Origin: a virus
Direction: 5' to 3' (one strand)
IMG/VR virus record: IMGVR_UViG_3300036466_000585
Coordinates: 1 to 64,000 of that record
DNA: 64,000 nt
Each line of letters starts with the position of its first letter. The first letter of the stretch is position 1. The notes below the pieces were generated by a model. It had not been told where the DNA came from and made no database searches. It saw only the letters and a list, made by a program, of their open reading frames with translations. The position numbers were made by a program, and so were the translations under genes. This document shows, in pieces, positions 57,101 to 64,000 of this stretch.

Positions 57101-57602
57101 CGGCCTCAAGCTCAAGGCGTCCGACCTGCCCGGCGAGCTCTATCGGCTGCGCCAACTGATTCGCGAGGGACTGGACGAGGAGGCCTTCGCCGCGACCCTG
57201 GTCGGCGAAGATGGCGACGAGATTGGCCGCAACGTCGAGGCCTTCATGGAGGCCCACGCCCCGTGGTTCGACTTCGACGGCGAGGGCCATTCATACTTGC
57301 CGCACCACCTGCAGCGCCGGGCCATGGTCGCCATCGCCGAGAAGCTGCCCGACGACACCGGCGGCGCGCCGGCAGATGAGCCCGCGCCCGCGGGAAGCGA
57401 CGACGGCGACCCCGACGAGATGGTGCTGATCGAAGGCGATACCCGCGCCTGGAAGGATCGCATCAAGGAGTACGGCACCCGGCATGGCAGCTACCGGCGC
57501 TGGGTGCGCAAGGAGACGGCATGGCGCGTGCGCCGCCAGGCCTGGAATGCGCTGATCGCCGACCATCCGCGCGCCGCCCAAGAACTCAACCTGAGAGGCT
57601 GA
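51156..57602 (+). CDS. darB: DarB-like N6-adenine methyltransferase plus SNF2 helicase (2148 aa)
   Basis: EYYTP, LDPAAGTG, NVPFG; helicase DVGLGKT, IDEAH, TATP, GINLQ and QRNGR. Confidence 0.88.
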   Translation: MKPIYDDASAGGGAQAMMARLKLVSELGRVRKELIALPQGIAAMAQRLTLVKRANEIRTELKAATLAADPSKAMKAERDPPEPVETPRQPTAGLYSHDEKRTKGQRQKANNAAVELLARIQSGETSREELTDEDRAVLAGYSGNGGALVGADGKKGSAYEYYTPKPIAEGIWDALGAMGFSGGKILDPAAGTGVFGATAPRHAAVDAVELDETSGTINALVNAGPGYTATVSPFEAVAAATPDESYDAVVTNVPFGTVADRGGNQNLDPKYQKETLEAYFILRSLDKLKPGGLAAFVVPPRCVSGRGGAEVKLRQRASLKAEFLGAYRLPNSVFGAADADTITDVIFFRKYGRDAAEKIEELHEQAPETLAEAKVMWGEFVEGRYFKGEGRRFVLGEFVPKDPEKFRDVDRVKNPASVPEVAKLIRRLPGSRVDWTLLEAAETQPIIYHEGDTLTQAGQTLQLQDGQWVPLEAGSRDVRGAELLGQFKDAYTAFDAGMGYDDALTLRQYMRDTSQSLDMPAWLASALATLDKLPDDDARARAWTPGLVGLAVSQVLDESGRGSGTDFLSGYAKLSEAMKRQAAAARRVKGVDGELRRGLGELAAHYQRKAGFSALWRGDVQEAPAVQVSAEHGFEGLLYENQSSWVSLEQARTVLGDGFDPFANDDWCVSADGSQVSRADDYYVGSYGEFVKRIDAEMAAAPNDKVRAKLMRQKAVAAERIDRVDVSRISFNLFSPYVTLEEKAEFLRRFVHPGAVVTFDDKTSEPRIEFDIPGSQLTDREKLIRRIGAYLKNGTITLGGTKLDMGDAEGIRELRALVNKANEQFNGWARGNANVVSRLESQANDPEKLRFAQPEDESPLAIPGMNPELELHGYQNAYVRSRARDFSGINGFDVGLGKTFTALAVAQYVQSIGAKKKTVFVVPNSVLSNWQKESAKAYASTDDCLYVGLRDGRVDSSAYDEDLNRIMENRHSKIFMTMEAFERIRLRDDTITGYESYMRSADQSFAESEDRKADERAKGKAATIVDVLGKKDGAAPFLEDMGIDSLVIDEAHVFKNSATTVDFKGGKYLSQSPASKRGLDAQAKAWAIRGGSGARGDGVMLLTATPITNSPLEIYSMMALAVGHDRVNDMFIGTSGADGFMNTVCQIENEDDESIDGESRAINVFKGLNNVEMLRGAMRQVATIKNADDVGSQIKVPDAPERASSIQLPEATVVRLEEYKQAYRYAADAMAERGENRGDAASFERIAGKFGEPMELIGHPFNLINKMTMLIADPDLDARVSRYVINDGEEEQARALVEQWNAKPPTEQRTRPGPNATAEEAVSVKTIRDANREVVGRQYKMPVKAWVENGAVVLDTVSSDTQDRFEAMADKAGVELDVSVPPKLAAMLENFQTEAATPRGVDAEGNRIPHAKQIIFCDLLGLHNKIRRLLTRRAGVPASAIAVVTGQRNNSPEEIMEVQDGFNAPGEANKYRVIIANEKAEVGINLQKGTQAIHHLTIGWTPDSLTQRNGRGVRQGNKTEQVTVYHYDADGTFDTAKRSLVNSKADWIGAMMKPDGGDSLAISGGMSREQMEALIDVVGDADAVTRIQEAMAAKEAERRATTNRERQRINLDTIDKQNQFLADNEQASDWVARKMGQLLSAMGQTEKVRKRLSRPKMSESARAKNEGLLAELEVKERGLQRQIEEAATFHRASYNYQTRQNERSGDAPLSPREVVTTFLDRAKRGENRASDLVEALRRGRLGFGAVDIDVDHESELVNEWESEVDMARQMRRQAVESYQRQAKEAGGLPDGVAEAFEAGNGVLVGDQPVIAECFVLADGELFVVGRGGLSDFRPGATAVVNGRERRALLYALVPVGEIVYPGSAKYEECLTRAAAIEDAAERAGETLNTYSTACPAVATRRETDVSAAYSSYTYSLPAPHFPLAVRAEEVPAGSEVLARIVEEQKAVIKRWEGSDFVVGNDVEVVRDRPAKAEALRDYAIAHGLKLKASDLPGELYRLRQLIREGLDEEAFAATLVGEDGDEIGRNVEAFMEAHAPWFDFDGEGHSYLPHHLQRRAMVAIAEKLPDDTGGAPADEPAPAGSDDGDPDEMVLIEGDTRAWKDRIKEYGTRHGSYRRWVRKETAWRVRRQAWNALIADHPRAAQELNLRG

Positions 57603-57603
57603 C

Positions 57604-58023
57604 ATGGCATTCACGGAACACCTGTTCGACGAGGACGAGATCAAGGCGCTGGCCCGGCAGCGGGCCGCCGCCCTCAAGGAGAATCGCGGCTTCTCAGACT
57701 TCCCCGGCTTCGCGCTGGGGGTGATCGAGCGCCGTCTGGCCAAGGATCCGCTTCGGTACCGGGACTATGGGCCCTACTGGTGGTCGCTCAAGGCGCTGCT
57801 GATCGACGGCGGCCGGGAGCTGGGCGAGCGCGACGACCCGATGGTGCGTGCCGCTTACCAGGGTGGGACGCCGGCCGAGACCATCGTCATGGCCGACGAG
57901 TTCCGCACCCGCTACCTGGCCACGCAGGCGGTGGGCACCAACCAGTTCATCCTGGATGGTGAGACCGGCGCCACCTACACCCTGGAAGACGAGGACATGG
58001 AATCCCGCCTCGCCGGCGCCTAA
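57604..58023 (+). CDS. P1 Ulx-like protein
   Basis: 'RRLAKDPLRYRDYGPYWWSLKALL' resembles recalled Ulx; directly after darB as in P1. Confidence 0.65.
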   Translation: MAFTEHLFDEDEIKALARQRAAALKENRGFSDFPGFALGVIERRLAKDPLRYRDYGPYWWSLKALLIDGGRELGERDDPMVRAAYQGGTPAETIVMADEFRTRYLATQAVGTNQFILDGETGATYTLEDEDMESRLAGA

Positions 58024-58067
58024 GCCGGAAAACGCCCCGCTGATCCTGCCCTGGTATGGCCCACCAT
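58024..58067 (+). promoter_or_regulatory. Candidate late promoter 6 (portal)
   Basis: GGAAAA 58027-58032, 29 nt, CACCAT 58062-58067. Confidence 0.7.
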
Positions 58068-58073
58068 CGGGCC

Positions 58074-59615
58074 ATGCCTAAATCATCTTCCACTGGGCAT
58101 CGGCGAGGGCTTCTCTCACGACTCGGCATTGGTGCCAAGAAGTGGGAGAGCGAGCACCTCCCCGAGAGCCACGAAATATCGCCGTCCGACACCATGCTCT
58201 ATGGTGCCGGCACGACCACGGTCGCGAGCCTGCTGGCGTCGGGGTCGCGCCAGGCGCGCACGCGACAGGCCATCTACGACAAGTGGGCGCAGATGGAGGC
58301 CGACCCCATCGTTTCGTCCGCCATCAAGCTGCTGGTGACCTCCGCCCTGGGCGGGCACGAGACGTCGGGCGATATCGTCTTCATCGAGAAGCGCCCGGCC
58401 GCTGAGCAGAACGAGCAGCTGGGCAAGATCGTGGAGGAGATTCGCGAGGACCTGTCCGGCATCCTCAACCGGTCCGCCTACCCCATGGCCTATCTGGGTA
58501 GCGTGTTCGGCGACAGCTACGCCCGCATCTACACGGACAAGCGCGGCGTCGTCGACCTCTACGTGGACGAGCTGGTCAGGCCGCCCCTGGTGCAGCCGTT
58601 CGACCGCGGCAGCCGCACCGTGGGCTATGCCATCTACACCGGCGAGCGCAACTTCCAGCGCCTGGACACCACGCAGATGGCGCGCCTCAAGATGCCGCGC
58701 AGCCAGTGGGTGCCGCAACACGGCGTGTTCGAGAAGTCGCTGAAGCTGGCCCTGAGCACCGATGACGTCAACGACCTGCCGTTGATGCCCGCCATGGCTG
58801 GCGGCTCGCTGATCTATCCCGCCGAGGAGCCCTACGACAAGCTGACGGCCAGTCTGCTGGGCCTGGTCGGCCAGCGCTGGATGGACTCGATCGACGAGCA
58901 GATGCTGACCGTGAACCTCAACGACATGTCGCAGGACATGCAGAAGAAGTTCATGGGCTCCATCAAGGACATGCTGACGCGCTCCAAGGAGATCGCCGAG
59001 GAGGCGGTGAAGGGCGGCCGGCCCATCATGGAGCGCGTGCGCCACGTCATCCCGGTGTTCGGTGACAAGCAGCTGACCCGCATGGAGGGTGGCGGCCAAA
59101 GCGGTCGCTCGGACCGCATCAGCATCGAGGACGTCATGCTGCACGCCCGCCTGCTAGCCGGGGCCATCGGCGTCGACCTGTCGATGATTGGCTTCGCTGA
59201 CCAGATGAGTGGCGGCCTGGGGGAGGGCGGCTTCTTCCGCACGTCCGCGCAGGCGGCCGAGAGCGCGCGCGTGATCCGCGTGGCCCTGGCTGAGGCCTTC
59301 AACCACATCATCGACATGCACACCCTGAAGCGCTACGGCACGGTCTTCCCGGCCAGTGAGCGGCCGTGGAAGATCAACTTCTACGGCTCCATCTCCGCGC
59401 TCGAGGCCGAGCGTCAGCGCACCCTCAACGACGGCATGAGTGTCGGCATCGGGCTGACGCAGGCCATCGGCGCCATGCGCGACATGGGCGCCAACAAACG
59501 GATCATGGAGGCCTTCCTGACCGACACCATGCAGCTGGACGAGGAGCAGGCCAAGCTCTATGCCGAGCTGGCCGAGATGGGCAAGGATCAAGGCGGCGGC
59601 CAGGGGTGGCCATGA
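58074..59615 (+). CDS. Portal protein, P1 Prt-like
   Basis: 'R..IY..W.QMEADPIVSSA...FGDSYAR...LAGAIGVDLSMIGFADQMSGGLGEGGFFRTS'. Confidence 0.75.
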   Translation: MPKSSSTGHRRGLLSRLGIGAKKWESEHLPESHEISPSDTMLYGAGTTTVASLLASGSRQARTRQAIYDKWAQMEADPIVSSAIKLLVTSALGGHETSGDIVFIEKRPAAEQNEQLGKIVEEIREDLSGILNRSAYPMAYLGSVFGDSYARIYTDKRGVVDLYVDELVRPPLVQPFDRGSRTVGYAIYTGERNFQRLDTTQMARLKMPRSQWVPQHGVFEKSLKLALSTDDVNDLPLMPAMAGGSLIYPAEEPYDKLTASLLGLVGQRWMDSIDEQMLTVNLNDMSQDMQKKFMGSIKDMLTRSKEIAEEAVKGGRPIMERVRHVIPVFGDKQLTRMEGGGQSGRSDRISIEDVMLHARLLAGAIGVDLSMIGFADQMSGGLGEGGFFRTSAQAAESARVIRVALAEAFNHIIDMHTLKRYGTVFPASERPWKINFYGSISALEAERQRTLNDGMSVGIGLTQAIGAMRDMGANKRIMEAFLTDTMQLDEEQAKLYAELAEMGKDQGGGQGWP

Positions 59616-60511
59616 GCCTGTTCGACAAGATCTCGGCGGCCGGGGCCAGCGGCAACGTTCTCGGCCAGGCCGACGGCGCGATACGCAGCGGGGCCGGCAG
59701 CATCGGCGAGCAAGTCGGCAGCCTAGCCGGCGGCGGCAAGCTGGCCAGTGCCGTCAGCCAGGCGGGCGCCACCATGGGCGGGCAGGCCGTCAGTCGGGCG
59801 ATGAACAGCCATATCCCGCCCGGCATGCGCGGAGCCATCAACTCGGGCGCCGAGGCGGCCAGCCAGATCGCCGGCGGCGATGTCGAGGGCGGCATCCTCA
59901 CCGCGCTGGAATCCGGCCTGGCCGGCGACGCGCTGGGCAACCTGCTGGGCGGTCAAGCCAGCCAGGGCCGCTACTGGAGCGGGGCCAACATGCTGTACGG
60001 CGGCATCACGCCGTCCGAGGCCAAGCGCATTTATCAGGAAGCCATCGACACCGGTCGCGCCAAGAAGAACCTGTTCCTCCTCAAGGCGCAGAGCGCGCTG
60101 GCCGGTGACTTCTCGCACGAGTTCAACCTGTTCTGCACCGACATTGAGCGCGGACCCAGCGAGGTCTCGGGCGGCAAGGTGCGGGCCGGCAGCGCCCAGC
60201 TCGACACCCTGACTCAGGCCGAACCTGTGGTGCTGCGCATCACCACCATGGATGATCGTGCCGGGACGCTGAAGCGGTGGTTCGAGGCCCATATCGCAGC
60301 CGTTGCCGCGCAGGACGGCTCCTTCGGCGTGCCGGCCGACTACGCCATCGTCTTCACCATCCAGCACGCCTTCGTGGGAGAGGCTGACGCCTTTACCGGC
60401 CGCGTGCTGTGCCGCGCCCAGTCCTACGAGGTTGGGCTGTCGCGCCGAGAGGACGCCATGGAGGAGCTGCAGATGACCTTCACCCAGCTCGACACCTTCA
60501 TGAGTCCCTAG
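59612..60511 (+). CDS. Baseplate/tube-initiator-like protein with Gly/Ala-rich N-terminus
   Basis: ATGA coupling with the portal; upstream of the tape measure gene. Confidence 0.5.
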   Translation: MSLFDKISAAGASGNVLGQADGAIRSGAGSIGEQVGSLAGGGKLASAVSQAGATMGGQAVSRAMNSHIPPGMRGAINSGAEAASQIAGGDVEGGILTALESGLAGDALGNLLGGQASQGRYWSGANMLYGGITPSEAKRIYQEAIDTGRAKKNLFLLKAQSALAGDFSHEFNLFCTDIERGPSEVSGGKVRAGSAQLDTLTQAEPVVLRITTMDDRAGTLKRWFEAHIAAVAAQDGSFGVPADYAIVFTIQHAFVGEADAFTGRVLCRAQSYEVGLSRREDAMEELQMTFTQLDTFMSP

Positions 60512-60513
60512 CC

Positions 60514-63500
60514 ATGGCATTAAACCACGACAATCAGGGCTTTCTGGTCGGCGAGCGGCTGGATGCCGACGACATCACCGGTCGCCTCGACTCCATTCGC
60601 GATGAGATACGGTCATTGCGTCACGACCTTGCGGGAAGCGTGGTCAGCGCGCCGCCGGCGCCACCCAAGACATCGGCAGACGAAGGCGTCAGCGGAAGTC
60701 GTGCGGCCCCCGACCCGCAGCGCAGCCGGTCATCCCGGCCTAGCGCCGAAGCAGGTCGCGACGAGGTGGTCATTCGCATTGATCGCCCGGCCGTAGCAGC
60801 CACGCCGCCGGAAAGGCGGGCGCCTGGACGCTTCGTTTATAGCTCGGCGGGGGAAGCAAAAGCCGACGAATCGAGAGAGGAAGCTTCGTCCGCCGCTGTC
60901 GCCATGCCCATCCGTGAGCGCGACGCCAGCGACCGCTATGCCTCCCGTGGCGTGGCGGCTTCGCCTGTCCGCGACCTTTCCGGGTCCCGGCCAAGGGTCG
61001 GAGGGGGGCGCGGCCCTGACGGCCGTTTCGTCTCGGGCGGCGGCGACCCATCGGCAGGCGATGACGAGGCCGGGCTGCTGTCGCGCTCCATCGATGGGCT
61101 AAGTGATCGACTGAGTGGTGCCGTACAGGAGATGGGGGCCGGTACCGAGGATGCCGACCCTGCCGTCAAAGCGTTCAACGAGGTTGCCCAGCCGCTGCAA
61201 CGCGGCTTCAGCAAGATCCTTGGGGATGGCGATAGCCGCAAGCAGGAGCGCTGGTACCGCCGATTCTGGATGATGATGCGCGGCTCTCGCCGCGAGGATC
61301 GCGCGGCCGACAAGCAACAGCGCCGCATCCTGAAGAACATCGAGCGCAAGCCGACCGGTGGTGACAACGGCTCAATGCTGTGGCGTGGTCTCATGCTGCT
61401 GCTGGCTCCCATCACCGGCATGCTGTCGCTGCTGGGCGGCCTGCCGATGGCGCTGGCCGGAGCGGTGATCACCGGCCTAAAGGCGCTGTTGACCGCCATG
61501 GGGCTCGGCCGCGTGGCGAGACGCATGACCGTGCCCAGCAGCGGCCGCTCCACGCCCCGTCGTGGTGGCGGAGGGTCGGCCGGAAGGGCTGCCGCCAGGG
61601 GCGGGGCGTCCGGAACGCCAGCCGCTCGACCGTCGGGCCAAGGCGGCACCACGTCACGCCCCGGGGCATCGACGACTCAAGGCGGCAGTCGATTTGGCCG
61701 CCTGCTGAAAGGCGGGGCGCGTCGCATCCCGGGTATTGGTGCGCTGCTGGGCCTGGGGTTCATGGCCAGCGACATCGCCGCCAGCGAAGGCAGCAACGCC
61801 AGCCGGGCCGAGAAAGACGTCACGACCGGGCGCGCCATCGGTGGCGGCCTGGGCGGCATCGGCGGCATGGCCGGCGGCGCCGCTGCGGGCGCGGCCATCG
61901 GCTCCGTGGTGCCGGGCATCGGCACCGCCATCGGAGGCATCATCGGCGCCGCGGCGGGCGGCTTCTTCGGCGGCAGTGCCGGCGAGGTCGTCGGCGAGAA
62001 GGTCGGCGGTTGGGTCACCGACCTTCGTAAGTCCAACCTGGTGCAGAGCCTCTCCCAGCGCTGGGAGTACGCCACCACCTTCATGTCGAGCCTGTGGGAG
62101 CAGACCAGCGAAGGCGTGTCGGCGCGCTGGGAGTCGGCCACCGCCACCTTCAGCAGCCTGTGGGCGTCTGCCACGCAGGGCCTGTCCGACCGCTGGGAGG
62201 CGCTGTCGACCAGCATCGCCGAGCGCTGGACGGCCGTCACCGACGAGATGAAAGGGCTGTGGGACAGTGCCGTCAGCCTGGCCGCCGAGGGCTGGGGGGC
62301 GCTGACCGACATGGCGGAAGGCGCCAACGCCTGGATCGCAGAGAAGACCGGCGTCGACGTGGCGGAAACCGCCCGCGAGACTGGGCAATGGGTCTCTGAC
62401 CGCGCCATCGAGACGTCCGAGTGGGTCTCCGAGCGCGCGGGCAGTGCGGCCGACTGGGCGGGCGAGCGCGCTGACGCCGCCGCTGCCTGGACGGCCGACA
62501 GGGCTGAGGCGGCCGCCGGCTGGCTGGGCAACAAGCTGTCATCCGGGGCGAGCTGGCTGGGCGAGAAGACCGGTATCTCGTCGGCCGTGGGCATGGTGCG
62601 CAACGCTCATAACGAGGCGGCTGCCGTGCCTGCCCTGACGCAGGCCATGGCCGAGGCCGGCATCACCGACCCCAACGAGCAGGCGGCCTTCATGGGGCAG
62701 ATGCACCACGAGTCCAGCGGCTTTCGCACCATGGAGGAGAGCTTCAACTACCGCAGCGCCGACCGGATCATGGAGGTCAGCGCCACGGCTCGAAACCAGG
62801 GCCGCGAAGCGGTCGAGGCGGCCATGGCACAGGGTCCGGAGGCGGTCGCCGAGCTCATGTATGGCGGGCGCATGGGCAACACAGAGGCTGGTGACGGCTA
62901 CCGTTATCGCGGGCGTGGCTTCACCCAGCTGACCGGGCGCGACAACTACACGGCGGCCAGCGAAGCGCTGGGCGTCGACCTGGTGAACAACCCCGACCTG
63001 GCCGCCGACCCCGAGGTGGCGGCGCGCATCGCCACCTGGTACTGGCAGAGCCGTGACGGACTATCTGAGGCAGCCAGACAGGGCGATACCCGAGAAGTCA
63101 CCCGGCTGATCAACGGCGGCACCAACGGCCTGGCCGACCGCCAGGCGGCAACGGACGAATACCTGGCCGCCGCCCGTTCCGGCGAGTTCGCCGTCTCGCC
63201 ATCGGCCGGCGGCGCGTCCTCCATCGCCGGAGTGGTTGCACCGTCGCCCGGTGAGTCCGTGAGCGCGACGGTTGCGGGCGCAGCAAGGGCTGACCGCCTG
63301 GCGGCGCTCGGCCTGGCCTCCACTCGCCAACCGGTGGGGGCCTCTCCACAGCCGGCCGTCACCATACCCGCCCCCCGGGCTCCAGCCCTGGCCGAGGCGC
63401 CGAGCGTCAGCGCGCCGATGTCGTCACCGCAGGGGCAAGGAGGCGATCGCCAGCCCTCTCGCGGGCCAGAGGACGTCAGCCGCGACGTGCCGGATCGTCG

Positions 63501-63543
63501 CATCGCCCATATCGTCACCGGCGCCTACAGCGGTATGGGATAG
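60514..63543 (+). CDS. Tape measure protein with GH19 (chitinase/lysozyme-like) domain
   Basis: Gly-zipper/hydrophobic segments and 11-residue Trp periodicity; 'FMGQMHHES...GDGYRYRGRGFTQLTGRDNY...VTRLINGG.NGLADR'. Confidence 0.85.
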   Translation: MALNHDNQGFLVGERLDADDITGRLDSIRDEIRSLRHDLAGSVVSAPPAPPKTSADEGVSGSRAAPDPQRSRSSRPSAEAGRDEVVIRIDRPAVAATPPERRAPGRFVYSSAGEAKADESREEASSAAVAMPIRERDASDRYASRGVAASPVRDLSGSRPRVGGGRGPDGRFVSGGGDPSAGDDEAGLLSRSIDGLSDRLSGAVQEMGAGTEDADPAVKAFNEVAQPLQRGFSKILGDGDSRKQERWYRRFWMMMRGSRREDRAADKQQRRILKNIERKPTGGDNGSMLWRGLMLLLAPITGMLSLLGGLPMALAGAVITGLKALLTAMGLGRVARRMTVPSSGRSTPRRGGGGSAGRAAARGGASGTPAARPSGQGGTTSRPGASTTQGGSRFGRLLKGGARRIPGIGALLGLGFMASDIAASEGSNASRAEKDVTTGRAIGGGLGGIGGMAGGAAAGAAIGSVVPGIGTAIGGIIGAAAGGFFGGSAGEVVGEKVGGWVTDLRKSNLVQSLSQRWEYATTFMSSLWEQTSEGVSARWESATATFSSLWASATQGLSDRWEALSTSIAERWTAVTDEMKGLWDSAVSLAAEGWGALTDMAEGANAWIAEKTGVDVAETARETGQWVSDRAIETSEWVSERAGSAADWAGERADAAAAWTADRAEAAAGWLGNKLSSGASWLGEKTGISSAVGMVRNAHNEAAAVPALTQAMAEAGITDPNEQAAFMGQMHHESSGFRTMEESFNYRSADRIMEVSATARNQGREAVEAAMAQGPEAVAELMYGGRMGNTEAGDGYRYRGRGFTQLTGRDNYTAASEALGVDLVNNPDLAADPEVAARIATWYWQSRDGLSEAARQGDTREVTRLINGGTNGLADRQAATDEYLAAARSGEFAVSPSAGGASSIAGVVAPSPGESVSATVAGAARADRLAALGLASTRQPVGASPQPAVTIPAPRAPALAEAPSVSAPMSSPQGQGGDRQPSRGPEDVSRDVPDRRIAHIVTGAYSGMG

Positions 63544-63586
63544 CCGGAAAAGCAGCCCCCTGCCTGCGTCGGCGTCGCCGTAGCAT
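63543..63586 (+). promoter_or_regulatory. Candidate late promoter 7
   Basis: GGAAAA 63546-63551, 29 nt, TAGCAT 63581-63586. Confidence 0.75.
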
Positions 63587-63592
63587 GGCGCC

Positions 63593-63898
63593 ATGAAGAC
63601 GATAACCGGTGATGACATTCAGGCGATGGTGCGCCACTGGCTGGAAACGCCAGTCAACGGCTACCTGGGATCCGGCTACGGCGCCGACACCAAGAGCCTG
63701 CTGCAGCGTGCGCAGTCGGATGAGGAGCAGGCAGACCGCTATCTGCGCAAGCTGAAGCGGGACGTCAGTGTGCTCGAGGTTCTGCCCAATAGCGCGGTGT
63801 CCCTGTACGGCACGCCCGAAGGGGTCGACCGGCTGCGTCTGACCCTGGACGTTGCCGGGCGTTCCTACGACCTCAACGATATCGAGGGCTCCCGGTAA
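63593..63898 (+). CDS. Baseplate wedge/sheath initiator (P1 PmgA position)
   Basis: 'HWLETPVNGYLGSGYG'; follows the tape measure gene. Confidence 0.6.
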   Translation: MKTITGDDIQAMVRHWLETPVNGYLGSGYGADTKSLLQRAQSDEEQADRYLRKLKRDVSVLEVLPNSAVSLYGTPEGVDRLRLTLDVAGRSYDLNDIEGSR

Positions 63899-64000
63899 TG
63901 CTCACCCGTGAAGACTTCCAGCAGGCCATCGAAGACAGCGTTGCGCGCTACCCGGCGGTCGGCGCCCTTCATCGCGCGCGCGATCCTCGCATTCTCCAGC
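63898..64000 (+). CDS. Baseplate protein (P1 BplA position), truncated by the window edge
   Basis: TAATG overlap; MLTREDFQQAIEDSVARYPAVGALHRARDPRILQ... Confidence 0.5.
   Translation, partial: MLTREDFQQAIEDSVARYPAVGALHRARDPRILQ

Larger units (their letters stand above)
1..64000. mobile_element. Temperate phage/prophage (partial): lambdoid-type early region plus P1-like myovirus virion genes
   Basis: Integrase at the left edge, then contiguous phage recombination, regulation, replication, packaging, head, tail and lysis genes. No host housekeeping genes. The right end and att sites are not in the window. Confidence 0.97.

Noticed and set aside
48318-57290. Very long minus-strand ORFs (1147 aa and 1683 aa) opposite darA/darB, and similar shadow ORFs throughout
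   Set aside because: They mirror well-supported genes, show no recognisable motifs, and are expected from strong GC3 bias.
1-64000. Reverse transcriptase/DGR, CRISPR-Cas, toxin-antitoxin pairs, att sites, P1 par/rep/cre genes
   Set aside because: No supporting motifs seen in the window; att sites would lie outside it.

Overview
The whole window is the left ~64 kb of a GC-rich temperate prophage or phage genome. A halophilic gammaproteobacterial host such as Halomonas is a guess from GC content and the acidic proteins. It has three parts. (1) 1-25.7 kb is a lambdoid-style integration and early module: tyrosine integrase and convergent excisionase; a long leftward operon (DUF550, Ead/Ea22-like, RdgC-FtsK-gamma, C5 methyltransferase, clamp-like protein, SSB, RecT-like protein, YqaJ exonuclease); a repressor/Cro switch; Bro-N; an initiator with internal iterons; a DnaC-like loader; NinB; and a RuvC-like resolvase. 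(2) 25.7-64 kb is a phage P1-type myovirus morphogenesis module: PacA/PacB-like terminase, Pro-like protease, capsid, sheath, tube, baseplate, lysis genes, an Hdf/DarA/DarB/Ulx-like anti-restriction set, portal and a GH19 tape measure. (3) A low-GC insert lies at ~29-31 kb. The strongest signals visible in the DNA itself are: a seven-copy late-promoter motif (GGAAAA-N29-[-10 hexamer]), some copies apparently producing leaderless mRNAs; a ~720-nt structured non-coding leader (boxA, long-range stems, an expanded C4-like RNA and a 5'-truncated tRNA-CAT); a frame-independent GAAACC array inside terS (candidate pac site); a candidate +1 frameshift in the tail chaperone; and a recurring [LFM]-D-S-[AV] motif in head proteins. 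All family and P1-homolog calls come from recalled motifs and gene order, not from database searches.
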